Shown piece by piece: positions 36,848 to 47,267 of a stretch of DNA of 64,000 bases (positions within the stretch are counted from its first letter, which is position 1; each line of letters starts with the position of its first letter). Position numbers and translations under genes: made by a program. This stretch comes from a virus: the IMG/VR virus record IMGVR_UViG_3300025669_000021, positions 1 through 64,000 of that record; one strand, 5' to 3'. The notes under the pieces were generated by a model. That model saw nothing but the letters and a program-made list of their open reading frames with translations, made no database searches and had not been told where the DNA came from.

Positions 36848-38899
36848 ATGCCAGATCCAATCGGACTGAAAGAGGTTAGCACCGGGAAAAATACTTCCCG
36901 TTACGGTATGCTTACCGTCAAAAGCAACGATCAGCTTGTCAGCGAGGAAGCTCTTGAGAGGGCGAAACAGGATGAGATCAACGCCCAGAGCAAGCCCGAG
37001 ATCGCCGGTATGGCCCTTCACGTCAAGGATGCTTGGCAAAGGAACAAGCTCCATCGCCAGCGAAGTGGGGTAGATGAGCGTATTCTCAGTGCTTTACGTC
37101 AAAGAGAGAGCGAATATGACTCAGACAAGTACGCTGCCATCATGGAGCAGGGCGGCACAGAGGTCTTTATGGGGCTTACGGCGCTCAAGTGTCGCGCCGG
37201 GGAAGCATGGCTCCGCGACATCCTGGCAGATGATCAAGAAAAGCCCTGGTCGCTAGATCCTACTCCCCTCCCCGAGCTTCCACAGCACATAGAACAGGGC
37301 ATCGTGGAATCTACCCTCCTCCAGGTCCAGCAACACATGGAACAGGGAGGAGAACAAGTCTCCCCCGAGCAAATCAAAGATCTTGCGGCCAGTATGCGCG
37401 ACGAAATTGAAGACTCTATCCAGATGGAGGCAGATACCAGAGCGGCCAGGATGGATAAGTTTATCCACGATCAGCAAGTAGAGGGCGGTTGGCGGGATGC
37501 TTTCTCCGACTTCATCACCAATTTCGTTACCTTCCCGGCCGCATTTATCAAGGGCCCCATCATCCGTAATCGCTCGGCTCTCGCATATACCTTCGTAAAC
37601 GGCAAGACCGGCGTGAAGGTTAAGAATGAGATAGCCCAGGAGTTTGAGTGTCCAAGTGCTTTCGACATCTACCCTTCTGCAGGGGCAGTAAGCATGGATG
37701 ACGGTGATCTGATCGAGAGGATGAGGTACAGCGGAGTCAGTTTGCTCGAAATGAAGGGGCTCCCCGGCTGGAATGACGAGGCGATAGACCTTGTTCTCTC
37801 TCTGTATCGTGATGGTGGACTTCGGGAATGGACGGCCATAGACCAAGAGCGATCGGAGCTTGAGGATCACGGCCCAGACCGTATCGAGCAACGCGACTGG
37901 ATGGAGGCTCTTGAATACTGGGGCGCCGTATCTGGTGAAACTCTCCAGAAAGAGGGCATGGAGAAGGATATCCACGGCAATGCCATCATTCCTATCATGG
38001 AATACGAGATGAACGTCATTCTTATTGGAGATTACGTGGTCTACAGCGGTCTTAACCAGGATCTACTCGGCCGCAGACCATACTCTAAGGCTTCCTGGAG
38101 CGTCATTCCCGGGTCATTCTGGGGCAAGGGTGTCCCTGCGATGATGGCCGACCTACAATCTATCTGTAACGCCACTATCAGGGCTCTAGTGAACAATGAG
38201 GCGGTCGGATCTGGACCCCAGGTAGTCTACAATGATGTAGGAAGGATCCCATCTGGCGAGGATATAACCAATCTCTTCCCTTTCAAGACTCACCAGTTCA
38301 CAAACCAGATGAACAGCCAGCTAAAGCCTATCGACTTCTTCCAGCCAAAGATAAACGCCGCGGAGCTATTGGGCGTCTATCAGAAGTTTGCCGACATGGC
38401 CGACGATTATACAGGAATTCCGTCATACGCGCATGGAAACGACAATGTTGGAGGGGCCGGCAGGACTATGGGAGGCCTATCCATGTTGATGTCAAATGCT
38501 GCGAGGGGGATGAAGATGGTGATAGGTCGCGTCGATGACAAGATCATCAGAGACGTGATTATGCGTCAGTTCCATTGGAATATGCTCTTTGAGCCTGATG
38601 AGTCCATTAAGGGTGACATCGAGATCGTTGCGAGGGGTGCATTGGCTCAGATCGTTAAAGAGTCGATGAATTCCAGACGGGTCGAATACTTGAACGCCAC
38701 CAATAATGAGACAGACAGGATGCTCACGGGGCTGGAAGGACGCAGGTTGGCACTCAAGGAAACAGCTAAATCCTTAGATATCCCCGGGCAACTGGTCAGG
38801 AGCAAGGAAGAAGTCGCAATGTTGGAGCAACAGTTACAGGACGCTCAGATAGCAGCAACTCAAGAAGAAGCCCAGGCACAAGCCGGGGCAGCAGCGTAA
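36848..38899 (+). CDS. Portal protein
   Basis: 683 aa after terL; GSFWGKGVP, NATIRALVNN, ADDYTGIPSY, RTMGGLSMLM, IKGDIEIVARGA. Confidence 0.88.
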   Translation: MPDPIGLKEVSTGKNTSRYGMLTVKSNDQLVSEEALERAKQDEINAQSKPEIAGMALHVKDAWQRNKLHRQRSGVDERILSALRQRESEYDSDKYAAIMEQGGTEVFMGLTALKCRAGEAWLRDILADDQEKPWSLDPTPLPELPQHIEQGIVESTLLQVQQHMEQGGEQVSPEQIKDLAASMRDEIEDSIQMEADTRAARMDKFIHDQQVEGGWRDAFSDFITNFVTFPAAFIKGPIIRNRSALAYTFVNGKTGVKVKNEIAQEFECPSAFDIYPSAGAVSMDDGDLIERMRYSGVSLLEMKGLPGWNDEAIDLVLSLYRDGGLREWTAIDQERSELEDHGPDRIEQRDWMEALEYWGAVSGETLQKEGMEKDIHGNAIIPIMEYEMNVILIGDYVVYSGLNQDLLGRRPYSKASWSVIPGSFWGKGVPAMMADLQSICNATIRALVNNEAVGSGPQVVYNDVGRIPSGEDITNLFPFKTHQFTNQMNSQLKPIDFFQPKINAAELLGVYQKFADMADDYTGIPSYAHGNDNVGGAGRTMGGLSMLMSNAARGMKMVIGRVDDKIIRDVIMRQFHWNMLFEPDESIKGDIEIVARGALAQIVKESMNSRRVEYLNATNNETDRMLTGLEGRRLALKETAKSLDIPGQLVRSKEEVAMLEQQLQDAQIAATQEEAQAQAGAAA

Positions 38900-38919
38900 A
38901 CAATCAGGAGATACAGACC

Positions 38920-39405
38920 ATGCAGAAAATGACTAAAGCAGTGATCGCAGTTGGAATCCTTAGCTTATTCGTGGCCGTTGGGGCATTTGCTGACCGTGCA
39001 GATTACGGTATCAGGCTTCTCCGGGTGAAGGAGATACACAAATTCCCCCCTAACACATCAATCTCGGTTGAGGATCCCATTACTTTTTCGGGTTCTATAG
39101 CCCAGGCGGCGTCGAGAACTTTGACTCCTTCGACCGTTACCGGTGCGGCTACCGTTCTTGGTGTAGAAGCTGGAATGATAATCATGGAACCGTCATCGGC
39201 TCACGATTTGACGCTTACGGCCGGTGTCTCTGGACAGGTTGTCACTCTGTTCAATAACTCCGCAGGATCAACGAACATCACGCTCCTATCGGCGGCAGCT
39301 ACTCATAGATTCAACTCCGATATCGTGTTGTCGCAGTATGATTCTATCACTTTGGCCTATCTTGATAGCAAGTGGTCGACCATTGCATCTTCAACGTACA
39401 ACTAG
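38920..39405 (+). CDS. Virion-region protein with signal peptide
   Basis: MQKMTKAVIAVGILSLFVAVGAFA then a beta-rich S/T domain. Confidence 0.7.
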   Translation: MQKMTKAVIAVGILSLFVAVGAFADRADYGIRLLRVKEIHKFPPNTSISVEDPITFSGSIAQAASRTLTPSTVTGAATVLGVEAGMIIMEPSSAHDLTLTAGVSGQVVTLFNNSAGSTNITLLSAAATHRFNSDIVLSQYDSITLAYLDSKWSTIASSTYN

Positions 39406-39454
39406 GGGATGAACGGGCTCGGGGCTACCTCGCGGGGCCCCGGGCTTAATCATT

Positions 39455-39748
39455 ATGCCAAAAGAACAAGACAACAACGAGACGAAGAACCAAAAGGCAA
39501 TACATCTTGCCGAAGCGTGTAATAGGCTTATGGGTCAAAGCCAGGATTTTAGGTATTTCGTTGAGGAGTTGACCGAAATGCTTCTCGACCAGAGGGACAA
39601 GAACGAAGGATTGCTTGGCGAGTTGGCTATCGTCGGCAAAGGGATGTCCCTGAACATGAAACAGATTTTGCAGATGATCGATAATTCTTCCGCAGTTTTG
39701 GTCAGAGCAAGGGCCGCGGAAGGAAAACGACTTAACGGATTGAAGTAA
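39455..39748 (+). CDS. Hypothetical head-module protein
   Basis: Small helical ORF between portal and scaffold. Confidence 0.65.
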   Translation: MPKEQDNNETKNQKAIHLAEACNRLMGQSQDFRYFVEELTEMLLDQRDKNEGLLGELAIVGKGMSLNMKQILQMIDNSSAVLVRARAAEGKRLNGLK

Positions 39749-39859
39749 GAATGAAGTGCACACTGAAATGTCAGAGCCGGGGGGGTAAGAAGGCATACAT
39801 TTATGAGCCGTCTTTCCTCGTTGGCAAACTACTAACAGAGCATAGGGAGAAATAGCACC

Positions 39860-40924
39860 ATGGCACACGAAGTACCAATACCAAGACAAGCCCAACAGGC
39901 AGCAGAACAGGATGAGATAGATCAGGCAGCAGAACAAGAGGCCTTGTCACAGCAAGGAACTCCTGCAGAGCCGGTCCTAGATCATGTGATCGAGCAGCCA
40001 GAAGAGGATGAACAGCCAGCGCCCGTAGCGGCTGCAGTTCCCGACCAAGCTACCCTAGCACCCGCACCAGTAGCGGAAGAGGGTGAACCGGTCGAGAGTC
40101 TTGTAGACCTGAAACGGAGGCTATTAGAGGCCGAGCACAGAAATCGGACTCTACAAGGCATGATCCATTCTCAGAAGCCAGAGGCCGAAGAAATGGCCGC
40201 TCTCAAAGATCGTATTGCGGAACTGGAGAATAGACCAGAGGAGCACGTAGCTCCCGCGGAGCCAGGAGTAGCAGCGCATTTGAGATACCTCAATAAAGAT
40301 GAGCGTGAGGCCGTCGACGGGGAGGAAGGTTCCCTGGAAGTCAGAATGGCTAAAGGTATGGCAGAAGAGGGCATTGAGAAGGTAAAGCGTGAAGCCGCGC
40401 AAGAGGCATTAAAGCTAACTAGGCGTATAGACGCCATAGAACGCCGTCAGGAAGATGACGATTCAGATAGTGCTGTATCTGGGGTTATGGCCCAGGTCGA
40501 AGAGTTGATGCCAGGAGCGATAAAGATTAACTCCGATATTCTCTGGGTTGATTGGCTTGAAGGTGCTGATCCCGAAAGCGCGACAGGAGCAACGTATGGG
40601 GCAAAAGGACAGGCTCTTATGGCGATTGGCGATACCAAGGGTATTGTCGATTTGATGAACAAATTCCTGGCAGACGTGCCCGAGGCGTCAGACCAGATTA
40701 AGGCACAGATTCGACCCGCAAAGTCGAGCGTAGTGCCAACTGAGGGGAAACCCGTAAAGAAACAGGGTATTCCAGAGTCTAGGGCGGTTGCTTTCTACAA
40801 GGCACAGAGGGAAGGTCGGCTGAAAAACGCTGATGGTTCTCCTATGTCTGCAGAACAGGAAGTAGCCCAAGAAGCATTAATAGATAAGGCCTACGTTGAG
40901 GGACGAATCCTAGAAGGCAGGTAG
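39860..40924 (+). CDS. Capsid scaffolding protein
   Basis: Acidic, P/E/A-rich, coiled coil (RNRTLQGM), AYVEGRI end, directly before MCP. Confidence 0.75.
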   Translation: MAHEVPIPRQAQQAAEQDEIDQAAEQEALSQQGTPAEPVLDHVIEQPEEDEQPAPVAAAVPDQATLAPAPVAEEGEPVESLVDLKRRLLEAEHRNRTLQGMIHSQKPEAEEMAALKDRIAELENRPEEHVAPAEPGVAAHLRYLNKDEREAVDGEEGSLEVRMAKGMAEEGIEKVKREAAQEALKLTRRIDAIERRQEDDDSDSAVSGVMAQVEELMPGAIKINSDILWVDWLEGADPESATGATYGAKGQALMAIGDTKGIVDLMNKFLADVPEASDQIKAQIRPAKSSVVPTEGKPVKKQGIPESRAVAFYKAQREGRLKNADGSPMSAEQEVAQEALIDKAYVEGRILEGR

Positions 40925-40963
40925 TTTCCTGTCGGCGCGTGGGTCTGGAAAGAGAGAGACATT

Positions 40964-41908
40964 ATGGGAAGTGCATATCCAGAAGCAGCAGGTATCCGAG
41001 ACATCGGCACGTCGACAATGAAGTACATCCCCACTATTTATAGTGGTAAGATGCTCGTCAAGTTCTACACGAACACAGTATTTGGGGCTATCTCCAATAC
41101 TGATTACGAAGGCGAGATCAAGGCTCAAGGTGACACGGTTGAGATCCGCTCTCTGCCTGACATCACGATCAATGATCATACCAAGGGAATGACCCTTGAC
41201 TACGAGCAGCCCGTGGCTACTCCGGTAACTCTAGAGATCAACAAGGGCAAAACGTGGTCATTCGCCACGAACATCGTTGATGATGCCCAGACTGATCTCA
41301 AGCAGTACCATGATCAGTGGTCGGAAGTCGCAATGCGCCAGATGAAGATAAGCATTGATAGAGATGTGTTGGCAACCATCTACACCGACCCTGATTCTTC
41401 GAATGAGGGTAACTCGGCCGGTCTGATCAGTGCCAACATCGCGCTTGGAGCCGATGGTGGTGTTTCGGTCCCAATGACCAAATCTGATGTAGTCGATAAG
41501 ATTGTCGAGTGCGGTCAGGTTCTCACCGAGCAGGACGTCCCGGAAGAAGGTCGCTGGATGGTTATACCAGCATGGATGTGTACGCTCATCCTGACATCGG
41601 ACCTCAAGGACGCTTCCTTGAGTGGTGACGGCACCTCGATGCTCAGAAACGGGCGCCTGGGAATGATTGACACATTCACGCTCTACAAGAGCAACCAGTT
41701 GAAGACCACGGCCGACTCTTCGGCCAACACCTGCACATTCATCATGTTCGGGACCAACCACGCGGTTACATTCGCCTCTCAGATAGTGGAGAATGAAAAC
41801 CTCAAGAACCCTAACTCCTTCGGAACCTTGTTCCGTGGGCTGCAGGTTTACGGGTTCAGGACAGTCAAACCGGAAGCTCTGGGCGCCCTGTACGCCTACA
41901 AGGCCTAG
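40964..41908 (+). CDS. Major capsid protein
   Basis: IPTIYSGK...ISNTDYEGEIKAQGDTVEI, GRWMVIP, RNGRLGMID.F, FRGLQVYG..VKPEAL. Confidence 0.92.
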   Translation: MGSAYPEAAGIRDIGTSTMKYIPTIYSGKMLVKFYTNTVFGAISNTDYEGEIKAQGDTVEIRSLPDITINDHTKGMTLDYEQPVATPVTLEINKGKTWSFATNIVDDAQTDLKQYHDQWSEVAMRQMKISIDRDVLATIYTDPDSSNEGNSAGLISANIALGADGGVSVPMTKSDVVDKIVECGQVLTEQDVPEEGRWMVIPAWMCTLILTSDLKDASLSGDGTSMLRNGRLGMIDTFTLYKSNQLKTTADSSANTCTFIMFGTNHAVTFASQIVENENLKNPNSFGTLFRGLQVYGFRTVKPEALGALYAYKA

Positions 41909-41919
41909 TTGTAAACCGC

Positions 41920-41951
41920 GGGGGCTTGCCAAGTGGTGAGCCCCCTTCTTT
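41920..41951 (+). terminator. Intrinsic terminator after MCP
   Basis: GGGGGCTTGCC-AAGT-GGTGAGCCCCC-TTCTTT. Confidence 0.75.
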
Positions 41952-41999
41952 CACCGCAGAGTAAACGATTCGATTAACCCTCCTAAAGGAGAAAACATC

Positions 42000-42401
42000 A
42001 TGGCAGTTGACACTTCAATCACAGTACAGACTGGTGCAGCAGACACCGGCAAAAAGGTAGTGGTCTATCAGCGTCTCATCGACTTCTCGGCAGACAATCT
42101 ATCCGATGGTGACTGGTTCGACCTGTTCCAGATGCCTACCGCGGCCGTTGTCATTGGTGGCGCTTCTGATCTGGTCTTGACCGGAACCGCAAGCTCAACC
42201 TTCGACGTAGGAGTTGAAGGCGGGGCCGAACTGTTGAGCGCAACCACGCTTGACGGCACTACTGGCACCATCACGGCCTTTACGGCCACCGTTGGCGTTG
42301 TCTTCGACGGCACCACGATCGACGTTTCGATCAACACCGCTGCCGCTGTACTCGGAAAGCTCCGAATTACTGCGATAGTTGCATATTGTGACGCACTGTA
42401 G
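42000..42401 (+). CDS. Capsid decoration/cement-like protein
   Basis: Small beta-rich protein after MCP, strong RBS AAAGGAG. Confidence 0.6.
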   Translation: MAVDTSITVQTGAADTGKKVVVYQRLIDFSADNLSDGDWFDLFQMPTAAVVIGGASDLVLTGTASSTFDVGVEGGAELLSATTLDGTTGTITAFTATVGVVFDGTTIDVSINTAAAVLGKLRITAIVAYCDAL

Positions 42402-42468
42402 AGAGCGTTGCGGCTGATCATCTAAGCGGGGTGAGGAAACTCCTCCCCCGCTTTAGCCGCGTCTCTAC
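42398..42468 (+). terminator. Long imperfect hairpin (terminator or processing site)
   Basis: GTAGAGA/TCTCTAC, GCGGCTGA/TTAGCCGC, AAGCGGGG/CCCCGCTT nested stems. Confidence 0.5.
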
Positions 42469-42530
42469 CCACTTTTCATACCTCAACCCTATGTCGGGGT
42501 TGTTTCAACATCAGAGCAAGGAGTTATATC

Positions 42531-43070
42531 ATGGGTACAGAATCAGCAGGTTTGTGGTGCAGGAAGAACGGCACCGATCAGGTTTATCAGTTTCGTGAGG
42601 ATATGAGGCCGCGTCTCGGTCTTGACCTTGTTATGGTCGACTATCCCAGCGCAATGGCTCTCAGGGCCCGTAGCGACTCCAAGAATCGCAAGGAAAGCAA
42701 GGGCCAGAATGATGCTCATGCCCAGGCGGCTTTCGAAGAGGCGAATGGCGTTGTAGCGGCCGTGGTTGTCAAGCCGGCTGATCCAGGCAAGTTTGTCGAT
42801 CAGCAAGAAGTCGATGCTTCCGGTGAAGTCTCTGCAGTGGCAGACCTTGACCTCAAGCCCCAGACTCCAGAAGAGGCGATGGCCGATATCAATGCTGCAA
42901 GCGGCGATGATGACGGCGTTAAGATGACTGACGGTCTGGCAGATATGTCACGACGAGAGTTGTTTGTCATCATCACCGAAGAGGAATTGCCCGTTAAGAA
43001 GGTTGGCAAAAACCCTCAGATCGTTGAAAACATACGCGCGGCCAGGGCAGCAGCCCCAGCAAGCGAGTAG
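42531..43070 (+). CDS. Hypothetical protein
   Basis: RBS AAGGAG, acidic. Confidence 0.65.
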   Translation: MGTESAGLWCRKNGTDQVYQFREDMRPRLGLDLVMVDYPSAMALRARSDSKNRKESKGQNDAHAQAAFEEANGVVAAVVVKPADPGKFVDQQEVDASGEVSAVADLDLKPQTPEEAMADINAASGDDDGVKMTDGLADMSRRELFVIITEEELPVKKVGKNPQIVENIRAARAAAPASE

Positions 43071-43082
43071 GGAGAGTGATCT

Positions 43083-43430
43083 ATGGCGGTGCTGGTATCG
43101 GAAGTATTGACAGAGGCAAGACAGCAGCTTAACGACTCTACGGCTACCTATAGGTGGTCCGATGCAAGTCTTATGCTATATATGAGCCGAGGCGTTGATG
43201 ACGTCTACGGTGACTTTCCTGAGTCTTTCTTTATCGATGGCGAGAAAATACCGATATCAGCGCCAGAGGCCATAACCGCAGTGACCGAGGACTTCCCTCT
43301 CAGGAAGGAATACATAGAAGCCATTGTCCACTACATCTGTTGGAAGGTGTTCGGGGAAGACACCGAGGATGACGGTAATATCGCTCTTTCGAAGGACCAC
43401 GCGAAACAATATATGCAAGCTAGGGGTTAG
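43083..43430 (+). CDS. Head-tail adaptor-like protein
   Basis: EARQQLND...RWSDASL...AIVHYI. Confidence 0.65.
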   Translation: MAVLVSEVLTEARQQLNDSTATYRWSDASLMLYMSRGVDDVYGDFPESFFIDGEKIPISAPEAITAVTEDFPLRKEYIEAIVHYICWKVFGEDTEDDGNIALSKDHAKQYMQARG

Positions 43431-43432
43431 GC

Positions 43433-44038
43433 ATGATCAACAAATACTCGGATTTCTATGAATTCATGCTTGAAGACCTTCCTCGCTGCCCCGAGCCGTT
43501 GAAGCTGCAGCAACTCAAGCAAGCCTTTCGTGAATTTGCTTTCAGGACCGAGAACTGGACCGCAACCCTCGATAAAGTCAATCTGGTAGCAGATCAGCAA
43601 GACTACACCCTCCGTCTTCCCCAGGATGGCCTTGTCAAGCGGTTGGTATGGGTGAATATCAGTGATGCAGCAATGCCTACCAATCAATACGAGCTCCGCA
43701 ACGAGTATTCTCTCCGATGGAAGAAGACCCCTGTCAGCTACGTTCCCACCTACTCTCTCGATGACGGGCTCCAGGTCAGGGTAGCAATGTATCCGGATTG
43801 GGATTCTAGGACCGTTGACGAGAACTATTTCACCCGATGGGGGGATGCAATCCTCAATCTGGCGCTCTACCGTCTCCTGATGATGCCCGGAAAGACTTGG
43901 ACACATCCCGAGTTGGCCGTCCAGAAGAAGGATATCTATGATGTTTTCTATAATGACGCGATCAAAGAGAAGTACACCGAAGGTAAAAGTGGTTCACTGT
44001 CCGTAAATCTACGGCCGGTTACGAGGAGATTTGCATAA
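43433..44038 (+). CDS. Tail adaptor / tubular protein A-like
   Basis: LPRCPE...REFAFRTENW...ALYRLLMMPGKTWTHPELA. Confidence 0.7.
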   Translation: MINKYSDFYEFMLEDLPRCPEPLKLQQLKQAFREFAFRTENWTATLDKVNLVADQQDYTLRLPQDGLVKRLVWVNISDAAMPTNQYELRNEYSLRWKKTPVSYVPTYSLDDGLQVRVAMYPDWDSRTVDENYFTRWGDAILNLALYRLLMMPGKTWTHPELAVQKKDIYDVFYNDAIKEKYTEGKSGSLSVNLRPVTRRFA

Positions 44039-46638
44039 TGAAGAAGATACTAGCCCTTATGGCAGCAATCGTGTGCACGGCGTTGACGATCGTTCATGCC
44101 ACTACGACCATTATCACCGTCGATCTGACTGAAAACTCCATTGTGGCAAGCTCTATCCCCGCAATCAGGGAGACTGCGACCATCATAGTGACCAATGCCC
44201 CAGGCTATACCCCCGGCAATCTCACGATGTCGCTCATATACACGAATACGCAGTACGCCGTGGCTGATAACTTCGTGGCCGGCGCCGGTTCTTCCTATTC
44301 AGCAACGATGAACCTGAATACCATACTCCTTACCAACTACTTCGTCGGGCTCTCCGATCAGTCTATACGGACGTTCACTGCAACTTTGTGGGATAGCGGC
44401 ACCCCTGCACTGATATTCAATGATAAGTTGGAGATCCAAAACAATCCATACGTGCCCGGGATGCTCCCCGCGGTGATCACTACCAACGAATTTGACGCAA
44501 GGCTGATAGTTCTTGAGGATCAGACAAGCGCATGGAACAACGTCACCAACATCGTGAATGGCGGGACAGTAGGCTCAACCGGAGAGATAGCACAGGTTGG
44601 TGGAACGTGGACATTCATGTTTCCTACGATCACCCCTTCCCTTTCCTTCACCAACTGGCTAGGCGTCACTGCCGGGGATATCCTCACAATGGCCGGGGGA
44701 AATAGAAGTGGATCCAACACCTTCGCTACCGGTCTTGCGGCCGTAGACACAAACAACTGGAACGGAGGATTGACTGACATATCCCTCCTACAGGGTCTAA
44801 CCGGTCAAGTCTATTACGCTGACGGCCGTACTGCTCTCTCCGACACCATGAACACTGGAAACAATTGGATTAGTGGTGACGGTAGCGATACTGGAATCAA
44901 GATAGAAGCAGGAGGCGGCGTAGAACTGTCCAGCAACCTTACTGTTACGGGTGCCTCAGACTTCAAGCTAATATCTACGTTTGAGAGTTGGCTAAGTGGT
45001 AGTGGTCTTGCTGAAGGTATCATGATAGGTGCTGCAGGACACGTAGGAATCAACACTCCTACCCTCACATCAGCTTTAAACGTTCTAGGTTCTGTCTTTA
45101 TTAACGGGGCATTGACGAACAGAGGGGCAATCTTTGTAGACTTGCAATCATCTACGGGAAGTTATCCTGTTGTATTCCAGGATAACTCTGGTGAACAGTG
45201 GGAGATAGAGCAGAATGGTGCAGGGCTTATCTTCACTGAGACAGGAGTAGGAGAACATTTCAGGATTGCTAACGGCGGCACAGCCACATTTCAGGGTGTT
45301 ATTACTGGTAACGATGTTCAGGAGAACGGCACGAACATCCTAGCCTTTGTTGCCGCAGCGACCAATAGCTTTGTTCTGACCAATGACGTTAGAACTGTTG
45401 CCCTTAGTGGGCTAGTAACTGTTCCCGATGGTACTAATGATAATGCAGCCGTCAATCTTGGGCAGGTCAATGATTTAGTAAGTAGCTTGCAAACGCTGGA
45501 ATTGTATGGAGCGACGAATCTAAATAATTTCGTGGTCGATAGTGGATCGTTATACGTGAATATTCCGACCCCTGCATGGAGCATGGCTAGTGGCGCATTG
45601 AGTGACGGCGACAACTGGCAGGGTTATTACTGGGGAACTCAAGCTGTTGATTTAATAAGGGAAGGTTCCTATTCTGGATTCTTCTTTTCCGAGAAAACGG
45701 CTGGAATTAAAGATGTGAGGCCAAAACTCGAAGTGGTCTATACCAACTTGACTGGCGGTGCCTTGCAAACTATAGGATGTTCTTCGACTGGAGCATACAT
45801 CACTGCAACACTTTCGGATAAAAGCATAATTTGTAATGTCACAACAAACACCTTGGCTCAGTCAACGAATTTAGTGCTTGGCGTAAGGTATGGACTGTTT
45901 CAGTCTGGTGGTGGATCGGCTGCACAGGTAACAACCTATGGCGGCACAGGATACGGTACACACATGGCAACTCCAGGGTTGGGTTCTGCGGTTGGTTACG
46001 TTACCGAAGCATCGGCTGATGGCAAATACTATGGCCGGAAGGATGAGGCATGGACCGACCTCGACGCTAGATATGTGAATACCAACAATGCCATTGCCAA
46101 GACGCTGCAAGTGGATGGTCACTCAACCCTAGCAGGGGTGGGCATGACATCGTTGACCAACACGGGCCCGAGTTATCTTACAGGCAATGTCGGCATCGGA
46201 ACGGCTACCACTCGCAGTAAGATGGACGTTGCAGGATCGGCAACCGTAGATGGTGCGTTTAGCAATCTCACTGGCAATGCTTACTTTGCCAACCAACTTC
46301 ACATAGGAATTGTAGGAACAAAGCCATTCCAAATCCATGCCGCAGCAGCATCCGACATTATGCGTATCCAGAACAATAGCGGTATGTTCAACTTCGGGAT
46401 AACCTCGGGTGGTGGTAATGCAACAACAAGTTTTGACCTTCAGGGTGACAACGATAGTTTGCGTGTCCGACGAGGTTCATCAGTCCCGTTTCAGATTCAA
46501 ACAAATGGTGCAGTGAACTTCGCTCCAGTAGCCGCAGCGCCAGCTACCCCTGTCGCTGGTGATATGTATATCGACTCGACCCTTACCAATATGCTGAGAG
46601 TGTACAATGGTTCAGCATGGAAGAATGCTTGGGAGTAA
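44038..46638 (+). CDS. Tail fibre-like protein with N-terminal signal peptide
   Basis: MKKILALMAAIVCTALTIVHA; T/N/G-rich; GHVGIN, AVNLGQ, ADGKYYGRKD, GNVGIGT fibre motifs. Confidence 0.75.
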   Translation: MKKILALMAAIVCTALTIVHATTTIITVDLTENSIVASSIPAIRETATIIVTNAPGYTPGNLTMSLIYTNTQYAVADNFVAGAGSSYSATMNLNTILLTNYFVGLSDQSIRTFTATLWDSGTPALIFNDKLEIQNNPYVPGMLPAVITTNEFDARLIVLEDQTSAWNNVTNIVNGGTVGSTGEIAQVGGTWTFMFPTITPSLSFTNWLGVTAGDILTMAGGNRSGSNTFATGLAAVDTNNWNGGLTDISLLQGLTGQVYYADGRTALSDTMNTGNNWISGDGSDTGIKIEAGGGVELSSNLTVTGASDFKLISTFESWLSGSGLAEGIMIGAAGHVGINTPTLTSALNVLGSVFINGALTNRGAIFVDLQSSTGSYPVVFQDNSGEQWEIEQNGAGLIFTETGVGEHFRIANGGTATFQGVITGNDVQENGTNILAFVAAATNSFVLTNDVRTVALSGLVTVPDGTNDNAAVNLGQVNDLVSSLQTLELYGATNLNNFVVDSGSLYVNIPTPAWSMASGALSDGDNWQGYYWGTQAVDLIREGSYSGFFFSEKTAGIKDVRPKLEVVYTNLTGGALQTIGCSSTGAYITATLSDKSIICNVTTNTLAQSTNLVLGVRYGLFQSGGGSAAQVTTYGGTGYGTHMATPGLGSAVGYVTEASADGKYYGRKDEAWTDLDARYVNTNNAIAKTLQVDGHSTLAGVGMTSLTNTGPSYLTGNVGIGTATTRSKMDVAGSATVDGAFSNLTGNAYFANQLHIGIVGTKPFQIHAAAASDIMRIQNNSGMFNFGITSGGGNATTSFDLQGDNDSLRVRRGSSVPFQIQTNGAVNFAPVAAAPATPVAGDMYIDSTLTNMLRVYNGSAWKNAWE

Positions 46639-46826
46639 TGAAAAATCTAATCCCCATATTGCTGATTGCCATTGCCCTATCAAGTGGCTGCACTATGCCT
46701 AGCATGGTCTATCAGCGCACTAACGATATAGGACAGGTATACAACGTAGATGCCCGATGGTGGGCCGTGACTAAGGAAATAGGCAAAGCTGGAATGACCG
46801 TCGGAGCATTCATCATCGCATTCTAA
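46638..46826 (+). CDS. Small predicted lipoprotein
   Basis: MKNLIPILLIAIALSSGC lipobox, C-terminal hydrophobic segment. Confidence 0.6.
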   Translation: MKNLIPILLIAIALSSGCTMPSMVYQRTNDIGQVYNVDARWWAVTKEIGKAGMTVGAFIIAF

Positions 46827-46845
46827 GAAAGGGAAGTATTGGACT

Positions 46846-47253
46846 ATGAGCAACGAGGGGCAGATGATTCTATCTAGCATGAAGAAAGAGAACACTCGGG
46901 CGATCAAGACGGCCAGGGATTCAGAGGGTAGTGACTGTTGCGCTTCTCACCCCGCCATACGATCATTGGCAGAGCGCAGCTTGAGTAACGGGGAGCTTCT
47001 TGGTGATATGATAATGATGGTTCCTGACCAGATCGCCGCAAAGGTTGTCGAGCAGACAGTGGTAAATGGCCCTGTCGATACCGATGCTCTTGTAGATGAG
47101 GTAAGCAAACGGCGCCGGGGCCGTCTATTCTTGAAAAGGGGCCAGTGGGAATTCTCTGGGGATATACAGAGCGCACTGACACTGGGCCTATTCCTACTGG
47201 GGGTGTATTGGTTTCTCGGTAAACACGGGATGCTTCCTAGCTGGATGCAGTAA
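46846..47253 (+). CDS. Membrane protein (holin-like position)
   Basis: Single C-terminal TM helix. Confidence 0.5.
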   Translation: MSNEGQMILSSMKKENTRAIKTARDSEGSDCCASHPAIRSLAERSLSNGELLGDMIMMVPDQIAAKVVEQTVVNGPVDTDALVDEVSKRRRGRLFLKRGQWEFSGDIQSALTLGLFLLGVYWFLGKHGMLPSWMQ

Positions 47254-47267
47254 AAAGGGGTGATTTC